DNA from: an uncultured bacterium
GTDB taxonomy: Bacteria > Krumholzibacteriota > Krumholzibacteriia > LZORAL124-64-63
Reading direction: 5' to 3'
NCBI GenBank assembly: GCA_963727525.1
Contig: CAVSGO010000007.1
Coordinates: 896,001-960,000, forward strand
DNA length: 64,000 bases
The notes below the pieces were generated by a model that saw nothing but the letters and a program-made list of their open reading frames with translations, was not told the origin of the DNA and searched no databases. Made by a program: the position numbers and the translations under genes. Below are positions 8,452 to 16,184 of the stretch, piece after piece; the first letter of the stretch is position 1; the number at the start of each line of letters is the position of its first letter.

Positions 8452-9144
8452 CTAGCGGAACAGCGCCTTCACATCGCCCCAGGCCGACGGTTCGACCGAG
8501 ATCGACGGATCGAAGTTGACGTGCCCGACGGTCTCGAGATCGTAACCCTCGGGGATCTGCGCGTTGGTCGCGTCCACGGTGCCCGCGAAGGTGTAACCGT
8601 CACTCGGCACCTCGATGAGATCCGCACCACCGGTCCACGTGACCGTGCCCTCGAAGTTCCCGGTGTGGGTCGCGGGGTTGAACGTCATCGAGAAGCTCGT
8701 GAACTCGCCGCTGAGCACCACGGTGCCATCCATGAAGGTGGACTGCATGGTCGCGTTCGGCGGATCGATTCCGTAGTCGGCCGCCGTGAAGCCGCCGTCG
8801 GCGAACAGGTCGCTGGCGAATGCCAGCGTGCCGCCGGTGTACGAGATCTGCAGGATCCCGCCGCCGATATCGATCTGACCCGTCGACACGAGATCACTCA
8901 TGAAGAAGGTGAACTCGTTGTCGTCGAGCGTCCACGGCAGGGCAGGATTGATGTTCTGGATGAAGCCGCCGCCAGCGAGCACATCGCCCACATCGCTGGG
9001 CGGGAAGCCGATGGCGCCCGGTGTGTTGTCGGACTCGTAGAGCAGTCCGGTGAAATCGAGCATCGTGTCGGGCTGCGCGAAGGCCGCACCCGCCGCCATC
9101 ACGAGAACCAGTACGATCCCGGACATCGTGAGCAGATTCTTCAT
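8452..9144 (-). CDS. Secreted hypothetical protein with C-terminal AWGDVKALFR motif (paralog of 7728-8417)
   Basis: Signal peptide ending AFA; shares TAAD, TFxDGTxVLS and PxGxD blocks and the C-terminal motif with its neighbour; RBS GAGGGAGGGAG. Confidence 0.85.
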   Translation of the reverse strand: MKNLLTMSGIVLVLVMAAGAAFAQPDTMLDFTGLLYESDNTPGAIGFPPSDVGDVLAGGGFIQNINPALPWTLDDNEFTFFMSDLVSTGQIDIGGGILQISYTGGTLAFASDLFADGGFTAADYGIDPPNATMQSTFMDGTVVLSGEFTSFSMTFNPATHTGNFEGTVTWTGGADLIEVPSDGYTFAGTVDATNAQIPEGYDLETVGHVNFDPSISVEPSAWGDVKALFR

Positions 9145-9217
9145 CACTCCCTCCCTCACTGAATCAGCATGGTGACAGGAAAATCGCAGTAGCGCTTGCG
9201 AATCGAGATAGAGCTCA

Positions 9218-9249
9218 ATGGTGGCAGACCTCCTTGCTTGACCGTCAAG
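9218..9249 (-). promoter_or_regulatory. Candidate sigma70-type promoter with an overlapping dyad upstream of the secreted-protein pair
   Basis: Minus strand TTGACG-19 bp-CACCAT with TGn extended -10; perfect dyad CTTGAC-N-GTCAAG at 9237-9249. Confidence 0.3.
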
Positions 9250-9410
9250 GACTTCTCCCCTCAGCGGCCGCAGTGTAGCATCAACAGGATGAATTTTCCA
9301 CCGATTATGCGGCCGAGATGAGGAAATATTCGTTAATCCGCGGCATCCGACGCCGGACCTGGACACCAAATCAAAAATAATTTTGCGTATTCGCTGAAAT
9401 CTGGACGGTC

Positions 9411-9487
9411 TGGTCGGGGCGACTGGATTCGAACCAGCGACCCCTTGCCCCCCATGCAAGTGCGCTACCGGACTGCGCCACGCCCCG
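9411..9487 (-). tRNA. tRNA-Pro(GGG)
   Basis: Anticodon arm CTTGC-AT-GGG-GG-GCAAG; GGTTCGAATCC; CCA end; follows a MerR-family gene as is common. Confidence 0.96.
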
Positions 9488-9577
9488 ACCAAGACGATGC
9501 CGGCGGGACCGCCGGCAGAGGGATTCGTTTGCGACGAGCAAAGATAACCGCGTCGTCCGGCGTCCACAAGGCCAATC

Positions 9578-9994
9578 TCAGGCCTTCGCGCGCTGAGAGG
9601 TCGCTCGTTCGTTCTCGGGCGGGCCCAGTTCGCGCACGAGGTCGCGGACCTCGGCGAGTTCCTTGCGAACGAATGCGAGCTGCTCGTGGATCTCCATCTC
9701 GTTGAACGCCATCGAGAGCTGCTTCGGAGCCGCCGTATCCGCTGTCTGCCGGCGTTGCTGCTGCAGGTGCTTCCGGGCACCGGCGATCTTGAAGCCCTGT
9801 TCGTACAGCAGGCGCGCGATGGTCTGGATCTGGTCGATGTCGGGCTGGCGATAGCGCCGGCTGCCGGCGCGGCCCTTGCGCGGCCGCAGGGAGGGGAACT
9901 CGGTCTCCCAGTAGCGCAGCACGTGCGGCTTGATCCCCGTCAGCTCGCTGACTTCGCTGATCGTGTAGTAGAGCTTGCTGGGCAACTCGGCCAC
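9578..9994 (-). CDS. MerR-family transcriptional regulator
   Basis: [10 protein letters not shown]...[15 protein letters not shown]...RRY...[12 protein letters not shown]. Confidence 0.92.
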   Translation of the reverse strand: MAELPSKLYYTISEVSELTGIKPHVLRYWETEFPSLRPRKGRAGSRRYRQPDIDQIQTIARLLYEQGFKIAGARKHLQQQRRQTADTAAPKQLSMAFNEMEIHEQLAFVRKELAEVRDLVRELGPPENERATSQRAKA

Positions 9995-9995
9995 G

Positions 9996-11000
9996 TCACG
10001 CCTCCTCCTCGGAACGCGGCTGACGGCTCATGAGTTCACGGATGGCCCGCAACGGCGCCTTCCCCTCGAAGACCACCTCGTGAACCGCTTTGACGATAGG
10101 TAGTTCTATACCAAACTTCTCGCCCAGCTTCAAGGCTGCTTGTGTCATCGCCACGCCTTCCACCACCTGGACCGAATCGGACAGGACAGCCTTGGGTTCG
10201 CGGCGGCTGCGGGCCACCGCCTCGCCGAAGTTGCGGTTGCGGCTGTGCCGGCTGATGCTCGTGGTGATCATGTCGCCGATGCCGGCCAGACCGAAGCACG
10301 TTTCCGGGCGACCGCCGAGGGCGGCGGTGATGCGGGCCAGCTCGGCCATGCCGCGGGTCATGAGCGTGCCGCGGGTGTTGTCGCCCATGCCCAGGCCATC
10401 ACAGAGCCCGACCGCCACGGCGATGACGTTCTTGAACCCGCTGCTCGCCTCCACGCCGAGCATGTCGTCATTGGTGTAGACGCGAAAGAACGGGCCGTTG
10501 ATGGCCCCCTGCCAGACGGTCCAGTCATGGCCCGGATCGCCGGAGAGCACCACCGCGGTGGGCATCTCGGCAGCCACCTCCTCGGCGTGGCTCGGGCCGA
10601 GCAGCACGGCGATGGGATGGCCGGGCAACTCCTCGCGGATCACCTCGCTCAGGCGTTTCAATGTGCCCAGCTCGAATCCCTTGGCCAGGCAGATGATCGG
10701 GAGATCGGGCCGGCACGCGCTCGACACCGCCACCTTCGCCGCGACACCGCGGACCACCTGGCTGGGCACCGCGACGAACACGACCTCGGCACCGGCCAGC
10801 GCGATGTCGATGTCGAGGGTCGCGCCGAGATTCGGAGGCAAGAGCACGTTGCCGAGATAGTCGGGGTTGGTCGCCGTGCTGTTGATGACGGCCACCTGAG
10901 CCTCGCTCACGCCCCAGAGGGCCACCTCGTCCCACTTGTGCGCGAGGTGACGCCCGAAGGCGGTCCCCCAGCTCCCGGTGCCCAGGATGCAGGCCTTCAT
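9996..11000 (-). CDS. gpsA: NAD(P)H-dependent glycerol-3-phosphate dehydrogenase
   Basis: GTGSWGTA, GPSHAEEV, KNVIAVAVG, GDN, GLAGIGD, SRNR. Confidence 0.96.
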   Translation of the reverse strand: MKACILGTGSWGTAFGRHLAHKWDEVALWGVSEAQVAVINSTATNPDYLGNVLLPPNLGATLDIDIALAGAEVVFVAVPSQVVRGVAAKVAVSSACRPDLPIICLAKGFELGTLKRLSEVIREELPGHPIAVLLGPSHAEEVAAEMPTAVVLSGDPGHDWTVWQGAINGPFFRVYTNDDMLGVEASSGFKNVIAVAVGLCDGLGMGDNTRGTLMTRGMAELARITAALGGRPETCFGLAGIGDMITTSISRHSRNRNFGEAVARSRREPKAVLSDSVQVVEGVAMTQAALKLGEKFGIELPIVKAVHEVVFEGKAPLRAIRELMSRQPRSEEEA

Positions 11001-11698
11001 GGCTTGGGCTCCTTCTCGTCATCGCCATCGCTAGCGACCGGATCTGGCGGCGAGCCGAGGGGTTTCTCCGTCCCGGATTTCAGGCGCCGGATGTTGGCGC
11101 GATGACGCCAGATCGCGAGCGCGCTGAGCACGAAGCCGAAGACCACGAGGGTCTTGGACAGGGGCCGCGGCGAGCGGTACTCGAAGAAGACCACCGCCCA
11201 GGGAAACACCGCCATCGCCGCGATGCTCCCGAGCGAGACGATGCGGCCGGCGAGGAACACCGCCAGGAAGATCCCGAATGCGATGAGCGAGGGAAACGGT
11301 TCGAGCACGAGGCACACGCCGAACGACGTGGCGATGCCCTTGCCGCCCTTGAAGCCCACGAACGGCGAGAAGCTGTGCCCGAGAATGGCGAAGAACCCGG
11401 CGATGATGCGATAGAGGTCGGGCGGAAAGTGCAGGGGATAGACGCGACCCACGGGCCACGATTGCACGACGATGGTCATGACCAGGACGGCGAGCACACC
11501 CTTGGCCAGGTCGAGCGCGAAGCAGAGGCCGGCCCAGCCGGCGCCCAGATTGCGGTACACGTTCGTCGCGCCCAGGTTGCCGCTGCCGCAGTGCCGCAGG
11601 TCGATGCCCTTGACGCGCAGGCCGATGATGAGGCTGAACGGGATTGCCCCGAGAAGGTAGGCTCCGACCAGGGTCAACATGAGCAAGACGGTGGGCAT
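10997..11698 (-). CDS. plsY: Glycerol-3-phosphate acyltransferase PlsY
   Basis: YLLGAIP, GSGNLGATN, DLAKG, GH, FKGGKGIAT, RHRANI. Confidence 0.96.
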   Translation of the reverse strand: MPTVLLMLTLVGAYLLGAIPFSLIIGLRVKGIDLRHCGSGNLGATNVYRNLGAGWAGLCFALDLAKGVLAVLVMTIVVQSWPVGRVYPLHFPPDLYRIIAGFFAILGHSFSPFVGFKGGKGIATSFGVCLVLEPFPSLIAFGIFLAVFLAGRIVSLGSIAAMAVFPWAVVFFEYRSPRPLSKTLVVFGFVLSALAIWRHRANIRRLKSGTEKPLGSPPDPVASDGDDEKEPKP

Positions 11699-11714
11699 CG
11701 CGACCTGCCTCGGG

Positions 11715-13025
11715 CTAGTGGCGCTTCAGCTTCACGAACAGCCGGTTGCCGGTAAAACCGTACTCCTCGCGCAGCCGGTTGTTGATGTACCTGATGTAAT
11801 TCCTGGCGAAGAACTTTGGATCATTCACGGAAAGCATGAACTTGGGCGGCGCCGTTTCCACCTGGCTACCGAAGTAGATCTTGCCCACGCCGCCGCCGCT
11901 CGCGCGCGGCGGCTGGATCGCCGTGATGCGGGCGATGAACTCGTTCAGCTCGTGCGTGGGCACGCGTTTCTGGCGTGCCTCGTGCACCTCCCACACCATC
12001 TCCAGGATGCGCCCCATGCGCTGTTTCGTGACGGCGCTCAGCGTGAACCACGGCGCATAGGTGAGGAACGGGATCTCGCGGCAGAAGGCGTCCCACACCT
12101 TGAGGTGGGTGTTCGTCTCCTTCTCGACGAGATCCCACTTGTTGAAGGCCACCACCACGCCCTTGCCCGAGTCGTGGATGAGTCCGGCAATCTTCGAGTC
12201 TTGCGTCACCACGCCCTGCGCGGCGTCGACCATGAACACGGCGATGTCACACTGCTCGAGGGCCTGCATGCTTCGCAGGTTGCTGAAGTACTCCACCGAC
12301 TCGGTCACCTTGCTCTTGCGCCGCAGGCCTGCGGTGTCGATGAGGCGGACCACGCGGCCATGCCAGCGCAGGTCGGTGTGGATGCTGTCACGGGTGGTGC
12401 CCGGGATGGTGCTGACCAGAGCTTCCTCACGCCCCACGAGGAGGTTCAGGAGACTCGACTTGCCGACGTTCGGCCGGCCGAGGATGGCCACCTTGACATC
12501 GCACGGTTCCTCGATCGTCTGCGCAGGGAAACCCGCGACCACGACGTCCATGAGGTCGCCCACGCCCTGGCCGTGCAGAGCGCTGATGGCCATGGGGTCG
12601 CCGAGGCCGAGGCGGTGGAATTCGTGCACGGCCATCACCGCCCCCTGCTTCTCCGTCTTGTTGACGGCCACCACCACCGGCTTGCCGCTCTGGCGCAGCT
12701 CGCGGGCGATATGTTCATCCCAGGTCATGGGGCCCACCTGGCCGTCGACCAGGAACACCACGACATCGGCCGCGGCGAATGCATCGCGCGCAATCTGCGT
12801 GACCTGCACGTCGAATTCGGAGGCCGCCTCGCCGAAGGGAATGATGCCGCCGGTGTCGACGAGGTAAAAGCCGTGCCCCGCCCAGTCCGTACTCTCGACG
12901 ATGCGATCGCGCGTGACGCCCGGCTGCTCGTGCACGACCGCGCGGCGCCGCTGGATGATGCGGTTGAACAGCGTGCTCTTGCCCACGTTGGGGCGACCGA
13001 CGATGACGACGGTACGCAGCGCCAA
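11715..13025 (-). CDS. der: Ribosome biogenesis GTPase Der (EngA)
   Basis: Two GRPNVGKS P-loops, DTGG/DTAG, NKTE/NKWD. Confidence 0.97.
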   Translation of the reverse strand: MALRTVVIVGRPNVGKSTLFNRIIQRRRAVVHEQPGVTRDRIVESTDWAGHGFYLVDTGGIIPFGEAASEFDVQVTQIARDAFAAADVVVFLVDGQVGPMTWDEHIARELRQSGKPVVVAVNKTEKQGAVMAVHEFHRLGLGDPMAISALHGQGVGDLMDVVVAGFPAQTIEEPCDVKVAILGRPNVGKSSLLNLLVGREEALVSTIPGTTRDSIHTDLRWHGRVVRLIDTAGLRRKSKVTESVEYFSNLRSMQALEQCDIAVFMVDAAQGVVTQDSKIAGLIHDSGKGVVVAFNKWDLVEKETNTHLKVWDAFCREIPFLTYAPWFTLSAVTKQRMGRILEMVWEVHEARQKRVPTHELNEFIARITAIQPPRASGGGVGKIYFGSQVETAPPKFMLSVNDPKFFARNYIRYINNRLREEYGFTGNRLFVKLKRH

Positions 13026-13127
13026 GGACGCCGACCTCCTGCCGAGCCTGGCTCGTAACCGCCATGGCTCGAACGGATTAGAAGAGTGATCGAAAGCGCC
13101 GGCTCAGCTAAACGGCGCATCGCGAAG

Positions 13128-14447
13128 CTATGGCAAGCGACTCCAGAAGTCAACGAAACCCTCCTCGTCCGGCACGAGGACCGTGTGCGGCTGATCGGCC
13201 GCGATGTCGGCGAGGGTGAGATCGTCGAGCGTGAGACCGTCGCTGTTGAAGATGCGCGGCGAGAGGCACACCGTACGCACCGGCTCGGGCGCCAGCGCGA
13301 GGAGGGCGCGCCTCAGGTCGCCTCCCGTCATGAGCCCGGCCACGGTGACGGTGTGGCCGTAAAACTCGTTGGCGACGCCGACCACCTCCAGCGGCGGTGC
13401 CCCGGCGATTTGCAGCGCCGGCAGGTGCTCCCGGTGGAACGCCTTCGCGCCCAGCTCGCTGGTGAGGATGGTGAGCGGGCGGGTGGGTGCGCGCCCCTCC
13501 TCCTGGGCGACCGCGAGGTCGTCGAGCCAGATCTGCTTGAGACGCGGCGTGAGGCCGACGCCGTTGTCCTCCTGCGGGAACTCGACATAGTGCTCTGCCG
13601 CCGGGAAGGGCCGACCGGCCAGCAGATAGAACTCGTCGCTGAGGTACACGAAGTCGTGCCCCGCGATGGCACGCACCTCGGCCTGCAGAGCGGTGATCTG
13701 ATCGATCACCGCGCACGCGATATCGGGCGTCACCGGGTCGAGTTGCGCCAGACCCTCGCGGTGCGCGGACAGGCCCACGGGCACCACGGCGAGCGACCGC
13801 ACGCCACCCCCGCCGTCGGCCGGCGCTTGCAGCGCGAGCAGGTCGCGTACACTCTGTTCGAGATACGGGCCGTCGTTCCAGCCGGGGCAGAGCACGATCT
13901 GCGTGTGCAACTCGATCCCATTCTCCCCCAGCGACCGCAGCACCGTGCACACATCGTACTGCCGCTTGATCCCGAGCATGCGCGTGCGCACCTCGGTGTT
14001 GGTGCAGTGCACGCTCACGAAGAGCGGCGACATCTTCTGCTCCACGACCCGCTTGAGCCCCTGCTTCCCGAGCGACGTGAGCGTGATGTAGTTGCCGTAG
14101 AGAAAGCTGAAGCGGTAATCCTCGTCCTTCACGTAGACGCGTTCGCGCATCCCCTTGGGGTTCTGATCGATGAAGCAGAACACGCAACTGCACGCGCACC
14201 GCTTGAAGTCCATAGGCGCGAAGGTCCCCGTCAACGCATCGAGAGCCTCGGGCGGCAGACTCGCCGCCAGCTCGGACCCATCGGCCCGCCGCACAGTGAC
14301 GTGCATCGCCTCACCATCGGGCTGGTAGTAGTAGAGGTCGAGCACATCCTCCACCGGCTGCCCGTCGAGGTGCGTGAGGGTATCGCCCGGCTGCCAGGCC
14401 AGGCCGCGGTCGAAAGGAGCCGCGAGAGGTTTCGTGAGCTCGATCAT
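13128..14447 (-). CDS. DUF512/PDZ Fe-S (radical SAM-like) protein
   Basis: CACSCVFCFIDQNPKGMR..YVKDEDYRFSFLYGNYITLT; commonly upstream of der. Confidence 0.88.
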   Translation of the reverse strand: MIELTKPLAAPFDRGLAWQPGDTLTHLDGQPVEDVLDLYYYQPDGEAMHVTVRRADGSELAASLPPEALDALTGTFAPMDFKRCACSCVFCFIDQNPKGMRERVYVKDEDYRFSFLYGNYITLTSLGKQGLKRVVEQKMSPLFVSVHCTNTEVRTRMLGIKRQYDVCTVLRSLGENGIELHTQIVLCPGWNDGPYLEQSVRDLLALQAPADGGGGVRSLAVVPVGLSAHREGLAQLDPVTPDIACAVIDQITALQAEVRAIAGHDFVYLSDEFYLLAGRPFPAAEHYVEFPQEDNGVGLTPRLKQIWLDDLAVAQEEGRAPTRPLTILTSELGAKAFHREHLPALQIAGAPPLEVVGVANEFYGHTVTVAGLMTGGDLRRALLALAPEPVRTVCLSPRIFNSDGLTLDDLTLADIAADQPHTVLVPDEEGFVDFWSRLP

Positions 14448-14579
14448 GGGGCCAAGGTCGTGTGAGAGCGCGGTTTCGGCAAGGGTGGGGATCCCGGGAC
14501 GCGTCGTCCGATATCGATACAGGATCTTCACCCGGTGCCAGACCACGGACACGGCGTTGCCACCGCCGGATGAGATGCC

Positions 14580-14607
14580 TTGACTCTTTCCCGCGACCCG
14601 GTAGAGT
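14580..14607 (+). promoter_or_regulatory. Candidate sigma70 promoter for the orphan ORF
   Basis: TTGACT-16 bp-TAGAGT. Confidence 0.35.
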
Positions 14608-14740
14608 TGTCCCGGGGAATCAAACATCATCCGATTGACGAAGCGCCACTCCTCGGGATCGCGAGCGAACGATCTCGCCCGACGCAATGGGAAACGTATC
14701 GCCGTACCGGCCCATCACGGAGGACATCGAGGTGGATTCA

Positions 14741-15037
14741 ATGTTGACCGTCGAGGAAGCCGCGCGCCGCGCCTACGGAATCGGCGCTGGCTATAGACTG
14801 AAGACAGCCGTCGCGTCAGCCTTCGACACCGCATGGGACGCAGAAATCCGCTTCATCTCGCACTGGAAAGAGATCCTGAAGCAAGGCGCCCGCCAAGGAA
14901 TCGCCACAACCCTATCCCAACAGGACAACGGCCCCCTCACCCTCCCCCAGGCCCACTTCGCCTTCATGGCCGGCGCCACCAACCAGGACCTCGACAAGAC
15001 CCTCGCAAACATTGGCGGCCAATCAGCCGGCGCGTAA
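14741..15037 (+). CDS. Hypothetical protein (98 aa)
   Basis: Open frame with GAGGTGG RBS before ATG; fills the gap between DUF512 gene and tRNA-Gly; no family recognised. Confidence 0.6.
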   Translation: MLTVEEAARRAYGIGAGYRLKTAVASAFDTAWDAEIRFISHWKEILKQGARQGIATTLSQQDNGPLTLPQAHFAFMAGATNQDLDKTLANIGGQSAGA

Positions 15038-15115
15038 GCCCGACGGTCGCGGCGTGACGCCCAACCTCATTGCGCTATCCATCACCGATCCATGGATGGA
15101 CGAGACGAAGGGAAC

Positions 15116-15191
15116 TGGAGCGGGCAACGAGGCTCGAACTCGCGACCCTCAGCTTGGGAAGCTGATGCTCTACCAACTGAGCTATGCCCGC
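15116..15191 (-). tRNA. tRNA-Gly(CCC)
   Basis: GCGGGCATAGCTCAGTTGG...; anticodon arm TCAGC-TT-CCC-AA-GCTGA; TCCA end. Confidence 0.97.
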
Positions 15192-15215
15192 TCCGGATGG
15201 GCTGAGAGGCAGAAT

Positions 15216-16184
15216 CTATCCCGCGCTTGTCGGGCTGTCAAGGTTGGCCAGGGCGGTGTGGACTGCGTCTCGCAATGCGTTATGGACTTCGGGGCTTTCT
15301 GGTGGGCCCTCGGCAATGCGGGCGGTTTTGCGGAACCAGGTACGCTGGCGTTTGGCGTACTGGCGGGTTTCGAGGACGATGGCGGCGGTGGCATCATCGA
15401 GGGCCGACTCCCCTTGCAAATGCTTCACGAGCTGGCGGTAGCCTAGGCTGGCGAGGCCGGGACAGTCGGCGGCGTGCGCGGTCAGCAAGGATCTCGTCTC
15501 GTCCAGCCAGCCGGAGGCGAGCATGCGGTTGGTGCGGGTGGTGATGCGGGTGGCGAGGTCGGGCATGGGGTGGTCGAGGACGATGGTGGGGTAGGTGAGG
15601 CCCAGCATCGGGTGGGGCATCTGGGCGGCGGTGATCTCGCTCATCGGGCGGCCGGATAGGCGTGTGATCTCGAGGGCGCGCTGGCGGCGGTAGCGGTCGT
15701 TCGGGTGCAGGCGGGCGTGCGACGCGCGGTCCTCCGCGGCGAGGGCGGCGCGGAGCTGAGCGTCGGTCAAACGTGCCAGCTCGGTACGGATCTGCGGGAG
15801 CTTCTCTTCACTGCCCGCGGGGAGTTCGAGCAATCCCTCCGTCAGGGCTTTCAGATACATTCCCGCGCCGCCCACCAGGACGGGCAGCTTGCCTCTCGCG
15901 ACGATCTCCGGCCACGCTCTTGCGAAATCCACGCAGAATCGCTGGGCGGAGTAGGTCTCCTCCGGCGCGACGTAGTCGACGAGGTGGTGCCGACATGCCG
16001 ACATTTCCGCGGCCGTCGGTTGCGCCGTGCCGATGCGCAGGCCGTGATAGATCTGACGGCTGTCGAGCGAGATGACCTCGATCGGGAACTCGGCGACGAG
16101 GGACAGGATGAGCTGTGTCTTGCCGACGGCGGTGGGACCGACCAGGACGGGGCAGATTCCGGCTCGAGATCTAGGTGCGGCCAA
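15216..16184 (-). CDS. miaA: tRNA dimethylallyltransferase
   Basis: GPTAVGKT, DSRQIY, VGGAGMY, TRQYAKRQRTWF. Confidence 0.96.
   Translation of the reverse strand: MAAPRSRAGICPVLVGPTAVGKTQLILSLVAEFPIEVISLDSRQIYHGLRIGTAQPTAAEMSACRHHLVDYVAPEETYSAQRFCVDFARAWPEIVARGKLPVLVGGAGMYLKALTEGLLELPAGSEEKLPQIRTELARLTDAQLRAALAAEDRASHARLHPNDRYRRQRALEITRLSGRPMSEITAAQMPHPMLGLTYPTIVLDHPMPDLATRITTRTNRMLASGWLDETRSLLTAHAADCPGLASLGYRQLVKHLQGESALDDATAAIVLETRQYAKRQRTWFRKTARIAEGPPESPEVHNALRDAVHTALANLDSPTSAG

Noticed and set aside
9222-9238. Sigma54-like TGGCA...TTGC
   Set aside because: GG-GC spacing is 11 rather than 10 nt and it faces away from the downstream genes.
9444-9460. G-run in the tRNA-Pro(GGG) anticodon loop as a +1 frameshift suppressor
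   Set aside because: The loop is the normal 7 nt (ATGGGGG); there is no inserted base.
14610-14740. Riboswitch in the leader of the orphan ORF
   Set aside because: A hairpin is present but I could not match the consensus of any riboswitch class by eye.
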